Below, piece after piece: positions 1 through 14,100 of a stretch of DNA of 64,000 nt (within the stretch, counting starts at the first letter, position 1; each line of letters starts with the position of its first letter). The DNA comes from Paraphysomonas bandaiensis (taxonomy: Eukaryota > Protista > Chrysophyceae): assembly GCA_965644295.1 (NCBI GenBank), contig CBFFRP010000397.1, positions 136,617-200,616 of the forward strand, written 5' to 3'. The notes beneath the pieces were generated by a model, which worked only from the letters and a program-made list of their open reading frames with translations, searched no databases and had not been told where the DNA came from. The position numbers were made by a program, and so were the translations under genes.

Positions 1-586
1 TTCCAACGCCGCTGCAACTCTTTCTTTGTCATTCAGCTGCTTGTTCACTAGCGAAGGAAATTACAAAACAGCATGCGCCAGTATAATATAGCATCTAACT
101 TACCAGCATCCTCAGATTGGTGGGTACCAGGTGTGATTAATATTGTAACTTTATACTTCTTGGACAAAGACCTCAAAAGTTTTACACGAATACATAAACC
201 GATGAGTGTAGCCATGCTGCAGTGAGGAATTGTCGGTGTAAAGTTTATAACAACAGATTTCATTTGTTCATCGACAGTGATGTTTTCCACCTTAAAAATC
301 AATTAGAATAACACACGACTATAATGATGAAATAACATACAGAAACAACTTTCAACTGCTCTAGAGTCAATGGATGCTCTGGATCATTAAGGTGCCTGAT
401 GTGATCTAATATATACATGACATAACATTCATAATACTATATACTCTACTAACCGAATATTTCATCTGGTGTAATATGCTCTCTCTCCTCTTCATCATCA
501 TATTCAAAGCTATCATCATCTCTTTTATCTGCTTTAATCTCATATACAACTGGATTCGCATTAATCAGTGGTGCGGATGTGTCCAT
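1..586 (-). CDS. CIA2: Cytosolic Fe-S assembly protein CIA2/MIP18/FAM96B homologue; multi-exon, 3' end outside window
   Basis: Spliced translation [16 protein letters not shown]...[17 protein letters not shown]...[26 protein letters not shown]...[25 protein letters not shown] matches the family hallmarks. Confidence 0.93.
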
Positions 587-1249
587 AGTATCAGATGGTC
601 TGATTATAAGAATGAAAAGTGTTAGAAGTAGAGTAGTCAGGTGGAATAAGGTGGTTTTGATTGAAGGGTTATTCCACTGTACAACAATAGAAGGTCCACA
701 AGAAATGTTTCCTCTCTCTCTCTATATATATATGTATATATATTCAGAAGGAGAATGTACAGGCAGCAGTGTGTATGGATGGTCACACACATACCAATAC
801 CATATTCTGCAGGAGTACATGTACACACCTACAGCAGTACAAGTGTACATCAGTACATATACATACAGCAGTACATGAACCTACATATAACATACAGAGC
901 ACTGTCCATGTACATACAGAGAGTACAAACATACGTGTGTACATGTATATATGTCCGTTTTTCTCAACATTTTTTTGTTATGTAGATATACGTGTATGAT
1001 ATCTGACACTTTAAAGTAGCACACACTCTAATTACGTTATAAGTGGACCTTATCACTGCTTTATTCTGTCAACGACAAGTGTTTCTCTCTTCACTACAAT
1101 TCAGAGTTCAGTGTGAAGATATTTCATGTGTCTGTGACTGTAGTTGAGCTATCAATCATTATATATACGTATATAATGCTATACAACTATAAACAATAAC
1201 ATAATTAAATGATACATCACTATTATCTATAGCGGTGTTGTAGTTCATT

Positions 1250-3109
1250 ATGGGAATCTGTTTCGGATCAATTGCAAGATCAATTTCAGAAATGTGTATG
1301 AGTCAACCTGAAAAATACTTTCAAACTACATATAGAAATCATCAGGCAGAGTTTAATGCATTACGAATGTATGAAAAAGAAATAAGAGAATTACTAGATG
1401 TGTTCAATAGTATTGACACGGAATTGTGTGGGTGGATTAAAATTAGTGCACTGTTCAATTTCGTGGGTATTGAGGAAAACAACTTTTCTCGAAGCGTTTT
1501 CAGCATGTATGATATGGAGAATACTGCACACTTGTGCTTTAGAGATTTTGTTGTGATCCTGTGGAATATTTGCACTTTGCCACCAGTTCCACTAGGTAAG
1601 TAACTATAATATGAAGTATTTCTTATAAGTGTCGCCTATATAGTGGAGTATGTGTTTAGTATGTACGATGCCGACGGTAGTAGAGATATTGATATTGACG
1701 AGGCAAGAGAGATGTGTAGAGATCTGTATGGTGATGAAGGTAGTATGTATGGGGAAGGTGCAAGGTATTCATATTCAAGTTTTTCTTATGGAACATTGAT
1801 CATTTTGAATACTGTACAGAGTGTTTCGTGACCTTGAAGTTTTGACTAGGAAAACGGTGGATTTGGAAATGTTTCAACACTTTATTAAAATGAACGATTC
1901 TATGATGAGAACTCCTAAAGAATTACAGTACCTCCTGCGTTGCCGACTTTTGGGTATGGACTTTTGGATACGTACGGGAAAGAAAAGAGTTGAGGCGTTT
2001 GGTCCTAAGCTATATATAAGTCCTGAACTAGTGTTCGAAAGATACAAGGCTTCAAGATACATACCTCAGATGCCTGCCCATGTGATCCTGAAGAAACAAA
2101 AGGAGAAGAGACGACTGGTAGATGACCAAAAGCAGGAAGTGATGCACATTTCACCACCAGAAAAAGGAAGCAAGGCGTGGAAAGAGATGAAGCTGTCGAA
2201 GAACAATCCTAATCAAATGTAAGCTTTCCCAATGACTCTGTACTGGATATGCCACTAGATCGATATTACTACTTCTTCTCTTAAAGAAAGATCTGTCATT
2301 TGCATTGTTGTTTTCATTCTTTACTTGCACACTAATGGTATGTTTTGTCTCGCAGTGGGCGAGGTCTGGATGGCATTACTATAGATCGGTAAGGCCTCTA
2401 TTTTGTTATTCTGTGGTATGTCCGACTTTGTTCAGGTCTGCAATGGAATTTCGGCGACAAGTAACTGAACAAGAAGTAGAAACTCCAGATACCGCACCCA
2501 AGAAAAAACGGAGTGCCCCAGGAAAAATGAATTCAAGGATCATTGAACAAAAGAGCTCATTTGCTGAACCATCTGAAACTTTGAATCGCTCTCTGAGCAA
2601 ATCATTAAGTAAATCTCAGAGTATATCGCTGAGTAAATCACCATCGAATGCAAGTATCAAGTCAAAGTCTCCGTGAGTGGAATAGCAGTATGCCATTCTT
2701 AGTGGTGACGATTATATTGTAGGGCTTTGTCATCAGAGTCGAGATCATATAGCAGAACACTAAGCAAATCACATAGTCAGCAGCAAGAGGTAACACCGAG
2801 CAAATCACCATCGAATGCAAGTATCAAGTCAAAGTCTCCGTGAGTGGAATAACAGTATGCCATTCCTAGTGGTGACGATTATATTGTAGGGCTTTGTCAT
2901 CAGAGTCGAGATCATATAGCAGAACACTAAGCAAATCACATAGCCAGCAGCAAGAGGTAACACCAAGCAAATCACCATCGAATGCAAGTATCAAGTCAAA
3001 ATCACCGTGAGTATTTTATTCAAAAGTTTCGTATTTTTAGCTCACAGCGTTGCTGTGCAGGGCATTATCTGACTCGGGAAAAAAGAAAGTCGTGGTGCCT
3101 GTTATTTAA
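1250..3109 (+). CDS. EF-hand Ca2+-binding protein (calcineurin-B/NCS-like) with Ser/Lys-rich tail; multi-exon
   Basis: MGIC N-terminus (possible myristoylation/palmitoylation); EF loops DMENTAHLCFRDF and DADGSRDIDIDEA; GT-AG introns join ORFs 1250, 1643, 1821 and 2305; last exon 3061-3109 ends VVVPVI*; middle exon boundaries uncertain. Confidence 0.7.
2635..3012 (+). repeat. 167-bp tandem repeat (50-nt intron + 117-nt exon), about 2.3 copies
   Basis: CCATCGAATGCAAGTATCAAGTCAAA recurs at 2641, 2808 and 2975. Confidence 0.95.
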
Positions 3110-4797
3110 TTGAAATAGCATATATCCAGACCTTGTGTGTTCATATCCTTAACCTATGTACTAATTGTTAATAGAAGTGGAGTTTCGATATCTTTCTCGT
3201 GCCCTTAACATTTCATGTTCTCAAAATGATTGTTTCTTCGTTCCGTCGTCTAGTGTTCTCTGAAAACACCTGGCGTCTACCTGGGTTTTGCGAAACGAGA
3301 ATAGTACCTTTAGTTATGATCTACACGTTCGTTTATAGTAAAGACTTTCATGTTTAAGAGCTTAAGTTATAAAATTAAATCATGCATGCCAACTGCAAAG
3401 CACATATATTGGACTGAAACTTGTAGACCTCTGTATTGCTTTTGGTAGCGCGTTGTCAAAATTCCTCGAAACAAAACTTGAACGGTACATGTATCTTTCT
3501 ACTGATATCTATCTCTTCTACAACTCTACGAATACTGCATGTACCCTGTACTACAAATCAGAATATATCGAGTAGTCTACCGGCTAGAACAAAATAGCAA
3601 TTCAAGCTATATTTATTCTCAAGCCAGTTCACAATATATTGATATATTGCAACAATACAATATATTCTACTAATACCGTATATCGTAGCTACTTCACACT
3701 TCACACCAAAAGTTTCTTAACTATATATATGTTACACAAGACGTAATCAGGTCATAGTGGCATTGATTAACGATTTACGCAGGCAACTACGGGTGTAGCA
3801 AACACTTATAGTCATTAACCACTTCTATTAAACAGCCTGGTACATGGATATATTACATAGAGTGGCACATTCGTGTCCCACACTAATGAAAATACGAAAC
3901 TATATGAGCTATTAGCACATCCTCAACAAAAAACATAAACTTGACCAGCAGCAGACACTTAATAGTAATAACAGCTATTAATAATAGTCTCATTACTATC
4001 ACTTAATTATAAAGATATACAGTGATCTGTATTGTCAACTGTATCCTCACATCACCCCTATATATACATACATATACATATATATACAGGCATGTGTCTG
4101 ATTACTAGACCCATTCCATCGTTTTCATTCGACAGCAAGTGTCGTTACTACAGCGCATCTTACTGGACATCTACTTGTTGATTACTTCCAGAGTACTCCC
4201 AGTCCTCTATACTATATACATATTCATATACATCCACTATAGGCTTCATCAGTTCTATATATCCTCCAATAGGACCGCAACAATCAATACAATCCCATGA
4301 TCTCGATGTGTCTATACATCTATACACTATATCTAGGTTGGTGATTGGACAACCACGTTTTTTTCGCGTTTTTTCAACACATGTCATGGACATACAGCAC
4401 ACGAGATATGGGAAAATTGTGTATCTAGACCTTATTTTTATACCTAAATATAGAAGACCACTTAAATACCTGGAATTTTATACTCCTGAAAATATCGAAA
4501 TCCAGTGGACGTAGACCTCAAGTAGCCCGCCTTTGTCTTGTTGTTCCATAGAATCCCTATGAGGGAAATGATAGGGAAAAGTTGGTTTGTCCCAATAAAT
4601 CCAGTACTGGAGGTGACGATGTGCATTCCTGATATAGATGGATGTACAGTAGAACCCTCATATATGCAGTGGATTTCATTGCATTCAATGCACTCATACC
4701 CCCCCATATACCCTCATCATACTTACTTCATATTCTTATAACTAATGAATCCATTCAGATAAGAGTGTAACATATACATATACATACATAAAGGACG

Positions 4798-6644
4798 ATG
4801 ATTAAGATTCTTGGAGCTGAGAAAGAAACGAATCAGCGAGCAGATGAAAAGCGATCACTACCTAAAGTACAAAATATTGCTAAAGCCATTATTAATATAG
4901 CCAGATTTACTGATATTGGGGGTAGATTACATGAGCAATCTATTCATAAGTCGCGTTTGGATGTGGCTGCAGCTAGAGCTCCTCGATATGCTTGGCAAGA
5001 GGTTGAACCTAGTTCTATTAGAGCTGATACTGATAAGCCTTCTCTACATCGGAAACATAGCAAAGATGATATTGATATTAGAATTTCATCGAAAAAAGAG
5101 AAAAAACATGTCAGTCTGAAGCCTCTTGATAATAGGTCGGATGCTCATGGATCACAGCGGAACTTACAAAGAATGCGTTCTCGAAGCATGGATGACATAC
5201 TCTCTCCCCGCTCTCCACGTCTACAGCCACTGAAAAGCACCCCGAATGCTAGCACGAAGTTTTTTCCGATTGTTGATCATATAGATAGCACAGACACCGA
5301 AACACAGTCTGCAAACGAGTCGCCCACTCAACAGCAAGGGTCTTCTAGCATATCACCGACCGACGTTCCATCCCCTGTACAAGGTAAACGTGTTACCAGT
5401 GCCCCGCTCTTATTTTGGAGGTGCCATTTAAATGCACAAGTATGCGTTTTCTATCACGAACACTGCGACACTTTTGAAGTGATTCCATACGACACAAAAA
5501 CAGGCATCGAATATAACCGCATCTACACTCCTGCTCCAAAGATATTTAATATCCTTGAGGAGAAAATAAAACAGAAAACCTCGAGTGAAGAATTTGAAAG
5601 TCCTGTTCAGCGTCTCAGGAAAATAAAACTGGCCAGTGACTATATTTTAGCCACCATAAATGCACAATATAAGGATTCATCGAAGACAGGTATTGAGGTC
5701 ATCATGCGACGCTTCAACGGTATGTCACATATCGAATTTACGAATACGTTACGCTTATGCTTCCTCTGTAATTCAGCTAAGACAAATGAAATTGAAAATT
5801 TGGACATGGAAAGACCAATAGCTTTGGATCCAGCTCATATTTCTGAGAAACGACGTAAATCTTGTGTGTAAGTAATACGATTCTAATATATGTTTGAACT
5901 TCAATTTTGTGTTGCTGCGAATTCTAATACGAGTGTTTTGTGTTCTTACATGTTTATTTGCAGTAACGTAGATGCTCTCACAAGTGGCATGAACGCCGAC
6001 CTTGTGGGTGCTACTACCAATGTTACGGATGCGCAGAAGTTTCAGCATGCTGCTGTAGCAGCCACTGGAAGTGCTATGCGACGACTTAATGAAGCAGCCA
6101 AATATAAAACTGACACCACAGTGAACCCTTCCCAGTACTCCCCTGTGCGATGGAGATGGATATGGGCTATTGATAAGGTCATTACTTTAAACAAAATCAA
6201 CCTCGCCGTGGGTTCCATGTTTGGAGGGTATGTTTTTGAGTATATGTATGCGACCTTATAGTGCGTTGTGATACGGAGTCGCGTGATATGCTTCGTATAT
6301 ATATATGTTGTAAGATTCTCTTTGTTTATAGTATGGTGGGGAAAGTCATTGAGTCGAATAAAGGACGTCTTGCTTGGGATGTGAAGGCCCGTCGTGGCTT
6401 TAACCTCAACCCATACCTCAATAATGGGGCTGGCTTAGATCTGAAAAGTCGTCGATCCAACGAAATTGAAAAGTTTCAGCACATATCTTCCTTTCGCCCG
6501 CTACGATATGAGACATCTATCAATGGTGCATGCACGGCAAGCAGTAACGACTTCAAAAAGATTGCCAAAATTCGACATCGTGCTACTGAGAAGAAAAAGA
6601 AAGGAAAAGACCCTAAAGGGCGACGTCACAGCTGTCGGGTATAG
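4798..6644 (+). CDS. Hypothetical protein, about 4 exons
   Basis: 357-aa ORF continued by ORFs 5890 and 6261 through plausible GT-AG introns (~5720-5777, 5868-5963, 6228-6331); no family recognised. Confidence 0.65.
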
Positions 6645-7249
6645 GTTGAATCTTGGTTTATGTTTTTTCTTTGCGTTTCGTTTCGTTTTATGTGTTGATA
6701 AATTTGTGTTACTTTATTTTGTGTCCCAAATATCAGATTTGTTTCAAGTATCTAACTTACTAGCAGTTGAGTCTAACAACGCAGTATATGGTTGATAATT
6801 TTGTTACAACAAATGCACTATAAACATTTTATAAAAAAGTGCATAAATAATATCAAGCGAACTTAAATGTGAAAACTGTTAGAATAGAGGAGTGAATAGC
6901 ACTACCTCAATAATGTATAAATCTGGAGAGTTGTTACATAATATTTCAATTTTTTAGAATCACTAATTCTACCATTATTGCTAGTGTTGTTGCATAATAG
7001 TTTAAATGCTTAAATATTTTCCAGAAGTTTGTAAATTATTGCCGTCTCGAAAGTCACTTACATTATCTTCTGCTTTTTCAAGCTTCAAAGAATAGCTCAT
7101 CGATTAGTTTATCCATGTTATGTATGTAATAACTAACTATATGGTTGTTTTTCATCCTGTGATATCTCCATTGTATGTGCCAAACTAGCATAAAAACTAA
7201 TCGATGACAGAGGTCCAACAATAATAATGGCAATTATTAATCAAGCATC

Positions 7250-7570
7250 CAATTATTGGCAATGCAATTATTTGGTAGCTTGCCTTTAATTATGTTGCTT
7301 GATGTTAGAAAACTTTCTGAACTAATCTCACCCCAAAGTTGCCGACTTTCAAGCAGTAACATCATCATTATTTATTTTAACATGATTTTTTTCACTCGCT
7401 TGCGAAAATCAGTCGTAGCAATCTTTGCTCTGCTAAACAACCTCTCACAAATATTGGTAATGCTATGCAATTGCTTGATGCGTGCTTTTTTGCGCTTTCG
7501 GTTGTCTTTAAATATACGTCTTCTTCTCCACATCATCTTTTTCTCTTCATCGATTTCACCTTCTTGTATC
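7250..7570 (-). pseudogene. hAT transposase C-terminal dimerisation-domain remnant
   Basis: Minus strand reads NICERLFSRAKIATTDFRKRVKKIMLK*IMMLLLESRQLWG; DNA similar to 37868-38160. Confidence 0.7.
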
Positions 7571-7714
7571 TGCTTGTAATATGCTTATGCTTCAACATAT
7601 ATATTATGAAAATAGTATATATATTCTATACTATTGGATTGTAAATAATATATTATATATTTATTGCATTTTCGATATATATGAAAAGATCTACAATATA
7701 TATATATGACAATC

Positions 7715-8125
7715 ATCACTCAACAAAGTCCGACTCACACCTTTTCATGGAGTTCTGGGGGATAAGTACCGGAGATATTTCTCCTGGAAACTAACTTGAG
7801 CCGCACATAGAGTCAGCAGATATTGTTCTGCCCACACTCATAGCCAAATGCTTGTGTGGTACATACATTAAATGTAAGTGTCACATGTGTAGACGGCTTT
7901 GGGCCTTGACGAATAAAAAGGCATTCGGGAATGAGCCCACCTCAAGGGCATCTGGGGTATTGTGTTGCCTGCTGAATGCTGAAGTCAAGCAGCTGGGTAT
8001 TCACCTTAAGGACTCAAATATCCTGAAGTCAGCAGATGCCAGGTGCATCAACATTCTGCTTGCTCACTGCGTTTGCTTTGAGTGATAGAGTGACAGTAGT
8101 TGAACCTTGGTGCATGCGGTGACGC
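7715..8125 (-). mobile_element. Dispersed repeat family R1, copy 1
   Basis: Shares TCAACAAAGTC..GATAAGTACCGGAGA..ATAGCCAAATGCTTGTGTGGTAC..CCTGAAGTCAGCAGAT with copies at 22957, 38655, 47995 (reverse) and 56768. Confidence 0.85.
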
Positions 8126-9036
8126 ATCGTGGCGAATCAAAGTTAAGTACTAAACTAATTCTGACTCTCAAATAATGCCTATTGCTAATGAGACATTTAC
8201 TACTGACAAAGATAAGAAGCGCTTGCTGCTGATATAAAATCGATTTAAACAGAAAAAGAGGATGATGAGAGCATTGATTAATAGTATGAAGAAAAATGAT
8301 ACACCAGGACAATATTCTCTTGTATTTTGAATAATATAAATCGAGATTATAAAATACTTTATATAAACTTTTCTGTACTTTGAAATATAAGAGAATATGA
8401 ATGCAACAGTTTTTCCACTTGAATCAGGAAGTATATTGTTCTATCACATGATATGCTTTTGGTTTGGTGTTGTTTTTATATCAGTCTTTAAACTGGCTGT
8501 AATTGCCGTTGTGTGTGTTACCTCCGCTTTCTGGTGTATCAAACGTGCCAGTGTCACTTCAGCTATAATTTGTACAGGTACAACATTATGCTACTATTAC
8601 TTTGAGTCTTTTCAAAACATGCTCAATATTTTAGGACAAGCCAATGAAAATTGATATATAGACACAGTATAACGTAAATTCCGGAACTCATGTCTCATGA
8701 CAATAATGTGTAAGGTACCAATGATTAGGGACGATTCTCTACATACCAATCAGGAATAGATTGAATACTTAATACATAGTGGTGGAGGAAATCGAAACGA
8801 ATTTTAAATTTTTGTTGTAAAGTACTGACAAGATACAAATTCACAGTAACCGATAGTGGTATTACCTTGTTTTATCATAGGTTATCTGTAATAATAATGA
8901 TTTTGCACTACAATTTGCCAAGTATTACAGACTACACTCTCATTTCATACATCAATACTTCTTCATTGATTTAAATTCCATACATTCATACAACACGTTG
9001 ATTTGTGCATATCCTGCACCGTACCGTATAATACAC

Positions 9037-9172
9037 CAGGGCTAGGGAACAATATATTGCAATACTATTGTTAGATAGTGCCTCACCAATAATATTGATG
9101 GAGTTTTTAAGCCGACCCAATTATACTATTGCAATAGTAGTATCATTATTCAGCAATTAAACACTTGTGTAG
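9037..9172. mobile_element. Partial hAT-type MITE (CAGGGCTAGG terminus)
   Basis: Same sequence as the MITE ends at 47640 and 49504 (reverse); second TIR not found. Confidence 0.75.
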
Positions 9173-10118
9173 ATGCCTTATTTAGTAATAATTACTAAGA
9201 TCGCATGACAATTAAACCACTACGCTGCTAGGCAAAGACTACCAATTGCATAGCTAGACTAACAATTCTCCTACTCATTCTCTGAACCATCATTGGTGAT
9301 TGTTATCACCACATTCATATTCAAAATTGATTGAAATATGAATTTGGCAACAAGTGTCGATTAGTTTCATAAGCAACAGCATAATATCAAGTGTAGTAGG
9401 ATGCATAGTTTTGCGCAGCACTGAGTTAATAATTGTAGCTGCACTCAACAGGCATTCACGTGTACGGCAAGGACATTTTTCAAGTAGTCGAGCAGTAGGA
9501 CGGTGATATAGGAATTCTGTCGAGCAGTAGGAATCATGTCAGTTACTATACTTTTGTATACTGCTCTCATATTGTAGCTAGCTGTTCACATTACCTACTG
9601 TATAGTGTAAATAGTGTATAGCTGTATAGTGCCGAATACAGCTGTACACTATAAAACCAAGCTTTGACTCCAATGTCAGCCACCTCCACTACAGTGATGA
9701 CAACATTCTTGCGAAGGAAAGTTTTCTTGAGGCGTAGTTACTAGATGATAGGTTCCTGCCTGCAAACCACGAAATTTTCCTTAGAAAATCTGTATCCTGA
9801 CGTCCTGACTACGAAATGATGTTGAAGAAGGTGCCAGCGTGTTCTTTACATTTCTTTATTCAACGTTAGAACTATTGATAATACTCTAGGATACGATTAC
9901 TTCATTGATACAGTACTTGTGTATACATTATACATATCGTCGACGCAACTGGCCATTAGTGTCATTACTTTATATACCTATGACAATAAATGGTTAAGGA
10001 AAATATACGCCACATTCCTCACAAATATTTGCAACTACTGAAAACCAAGAATTATTCTCTATTACAATATATAGTTAAAAATATACCGCTAAATATTATG
10101 ACAGGTGTTAAGTATAAA

Positions 10119-10637
10119 TCATGAGTCCTGATCACTTTCAGCTACCACGGCAATGCTTTTCTTGAAAGAATACTTATTCAAAATATCTGAAGCTTTTCTT
10201 TTCATACCACTATTCTCAATACCTCTATCCTCAGTTAGTTTTTCCGATCCTGAACCTTGTTGCCGAGCGGGAAGTGCACTCTTTGAGTGTAAAAATTTAC
10301 ACATAGCACCTTTCGTGCATTTGCCCCGCATATTGTAGACGCAGAGGACCTCAGAAGTTACAGTGGTGTTAGTATTAGAGTGATATGTAACAGCTTTTTC
10401 TGATGATGAATGCGGCATCGCAAGAGGATCCGCAGGATGTAAATACGGACATGAAATATCTGTGCAAGTGTAACTATCCCAGTTAGAACACTGTACAGTA
10501 GCATGTTTAGCTTGTATGCAGTGCCGATAATGACACTTGTCTCCATATCTACAATTACTAGTCATAAAAAAGTGACAGTCTGTTAGATGTTTCCATCCAT
10601 CTACACACTCTGTGCTGCCTCTCGACTGCATCTTCAT
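10119..10637 (-). CDS. CCCH zinc-finger protein (3 fingers)
   Basis: CHFFMTSNCRYGDKCHYRH, CSNWDSYTCTDISCPYLH, CVYNMRGKCTKGAMCKFLH. Confidence 0.85.
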   Translation of the reverse strand: MKMQSRGSTECVDGWKHLTDCHFFMTSNCRYGDKCHYRHCIQAKHATVQCSNWDSYTCTDISCPYLHPADPLAMPHSSSEKAVTYHSNTNTTVTSEVLCVYNMRGKCTKGAMCKFLHSKSALPARQQGSGSEKLTEDRGIENSGMKRKASDILNKYSFKKSIAVVAESDQDS

Positions 10638-10896
10638 ATGATTCAATCGTTAATGAGTGTTTGTGATAACTGAATTACAAGGAAAGATATTAAACACACT
10701 ACTATCTATTCCTTTTCCTTAAGTAACAATATACTCGATGTAGCTATCATATGTATGATATAGGGACAGTTTAGTGCATGTACCTCAAGTCCTAACAACT
10801 ATATGCATGGCTCATACTATACCGTATACCACACTATACTATACTATACTATACCAGTATACTACAATATACTATACTATACAACTCACATGTACT

Positions 10897-11027
10897 CTGG
10901 GGGTGGTTGTGCATATGATTTCATTGATCATTGTTTAAAAGTCATCGTTTTTTCAGTGAAAAGTGAAAAAAAGTGACTTTTCAATGAAATAAACGATGAA
11001 CAAATCGATATGCACAACCACCCCCTG
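10897..11027. mobile_element. ~130-bp MITE
   Basis: GGGGGTGGTTGTGCATAT at 10899 and its reverse complement ATATGCACAACCACCCCC ending at 11025. Confidence 0.65.
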
Positions 11028-11107
11028 TATATAAAACTATAATTTTAGGGTATACGGTAGAAATACCGTTATACTGTACCGACTTCTGACGTTCCTATTA
11101 CGTATTT

Positions 11108-14100
11108 CCTATAACGAAAGAAAATCGGCCCCCTCAAAAAAATCGGCCCCCCCTTTTCATCATCCATTTTCCCACCCCCCCTTGAACTGATATGCACATA
11201 CATACATGACATTAACTCCAACACCACAACTAACCACAACATACACCAATACAATCAGACACATACACGCTATCTTTACAATGGAGTATGTCAACATTAT
11301 ATGCAGCCATTTTTACCATCACACCCTGTGTCTCGAGTGATTAGACAGAGGAGCCCTGCGTCCTCAGGATGGCTATTGATCGCTATATGCAGAGCAGTGG
11401 GATACATTAACCACTACTGAGACTCTATATTCGACTTACTACTGCAGACAAAGTGTTTGGAGAGGTGAGAGGGTGTGGGGGGATCACGTATCATCTCTGT
11501 GGCTTGGATTCTGTGCCGGTCAGTATTTGTCCATAGGGAGGAGGGGTCCATACAGTGCACATCAGGTCATACATTCACCAGAAATTTGAAATGCGCCAAA
11601 ATAATATGCCATATCGATGGATGGAGGGCATTGATATGGCATATCAACCAATTTGATTAGATTTAAGTGCACCGCTGCCGTCCGTAGAAATTATGTGGAT
11701 ATGCTACCTTGTCACCATCCGAGTCAGCTTATCAGTGTCGGAACCGACTTATCGAATGGAAGATAAGCGATATTTATTTGGTAGAAAGAGATTTGGCACT
11801 TTATGGGCTTCCTTGTGCGTTGTACAATGATTAATGTTGCAAATACCCTTGACTAGCTTGTTGGTTGCAGGCACCCCATGTTAGGGTGCTGTAGGGTCAC
11901 AGCAAGCAGTGTTCACTCATGTCATATATGTAGGTTACCTAATATATTGCACTCATTCAGCTTTATTGGGGTCTTGTTACATCTACAATGCCATTGTTGC
12001 CATACTTGTCGATTTAAATGGGCTTTACGGCGAGTGCAGCTGATGATTGTTGAAAGTCTATACATGTCTAGTCTTTGTTGGCTATTCTCAAGACTTTGTC
12101 CCGAACTATCTCTCCACGCGACTTGTGTGAATGTGTATGTTTTATGTCTATACATATATATTACCTTTCTATGTACTTTATATGCACATGTGTGTACTAC
12201 GTTTCCCTTATGTTTACTAGGTTTATATGGGTGTACGAGGTTTATTATATATATTACCTACAATGCTTCATATAAGCGTCAGTGTTCGAATATATGGACT
12301 CTTGACTTATGTATGAGAATATGTTTTCTGTGTGTTTTTGTATGCATATATATACGAGCGTTCTGAATGTATGTGTATCTGTGTGTTGTCATGTAGATAT
12401 TTATAATAATAATAGGATATCGTTATAGTCGATGCGAACTTGCTTGTATAAGTACTAGTCATAGTAAAGTAGCTATACATATATGTAGATCTTAAATACA
12501 ACGATTGGCAGTATGTGTTTACAAGAAGTATAGGTATAAGGTATAAGTTTGCTTATCACACAAGTGTCTAAATCTAAACTACGAAGGAGTACAGTAGCTG
12601 ATTTATATTGACAGAAGTAGTGTACTATTCCAAGTTATATATGGGCTAGCATCGAAGTATTTGCTGGAATAATTACATGCATAACAAGACAGTATACTAT
12701 CAAACCACACATATACCGGCATGAATTTATAAGCAAATATTAGAATATTAGCCATGTGGTTATCTAGTTTCAAAATGGCAATCAATAGACGATAACAACC
12801 TAGGAATTATAAGCACACTACCAGTACTCTCGCCACTAAACATATTAGTTGGGAATATGTGCGAACAATAGCATACAACTACGCAATGTTTTAATGCTTT
12901 AAGTATTACGTTTTCAGTGATAATACTGGATGAAGTGGTAGATGTAATGTTTGACTGAATTTCTTGTGTTTTCGTTTATGTCACACTTCGTTGTCGCGCA
13001 GCACATAGAGAGTTGGTTGAGGGTGGTATTGAACCTGGTACTACCATCATTTGTCATAATAATCTCACGCATGTTGAACTTTAGTCGAAGAGTGTTAATC
13101 ATGAAGTAGTTGTTGAAAGATACAAAGCGTAGATGGCTGCTGGAGATCTTAAGTTCATTATAGAATACATGTGGATGAAGAAAATATTCGTATAAAGGTT
13201 TCAAGACAGCAACAGCTATAAAGCAGAAAGGAAAGATTAAAAAAGGCAGAAGATGCGCTGTAAAGAGCAACAAATGAAAGAACTTCACACTTAAAAAAGA
13301 AAATCAGAGTCTTAATCGAAACGTAGAGCTGATATTACTTTGATAGGCGGAGGCAAATTGTACATGCTCTATCAGTTCTAGCTGCTCCTAAAACCAGGAG
13401 CACTTGAACTTAAAATGACTAATTCAATTTAAGGACATTCAATAGTTCGTTGTACCATTGCGTAGTTGTATGCTATTGTTCGCACATATTCCCAACTAAT
13501 ATGTTTAGTGGCGAGAGTACTGGTAGTGTGCTTATAATTCCTAGGTTGTTATCGTCTATTGATTGCCATTTTGAAACTAGATAACCACATGGCTAATATT
13601 CTAATATTTGCTTATAAATTCATGCCGGTATATGTGTGGTTTGATAGTATACTGTCTTGTTATGCATGTAATTATTCCAGCAAATACTTCGATGCTAGCC
13701 CATATATAACTTGGAATAGTACACTACTTCTGTCAATATAAATCAGCTACTGTACTCCTTCGTAGTTTAGATTTAGACACTTGTGTGATAAGCAAACTTA
13801 TACCTTATACCTATACTTCTTGTAAACACATACTGCCAATCGTTGTATTTAAGATCTACATATATGTATAGCTACTTTACTATGACTAGTACTTATACAA
13901 GCAAGTTCACATCGACTATAACGATATCCTATTATTATTATAAATATCTACATGACAACACACAGATACACATACATTCAGAACGCTCGTATATATATGC
14001 ATACAAAAACACACAGAAAACATATTCTCATACATAAGTCAAGAGTCCATATATTCGAACACTGACGCTTATATGAAGCATTGTAGGTAATATATATAAT

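Noticed and set aside
579-999. Overlapping short ORFs (also 32658-33048, 35007-35443, 57600-57965)
   Set aside because: Low-complexity TACA/CATA-rich intergenic DNA
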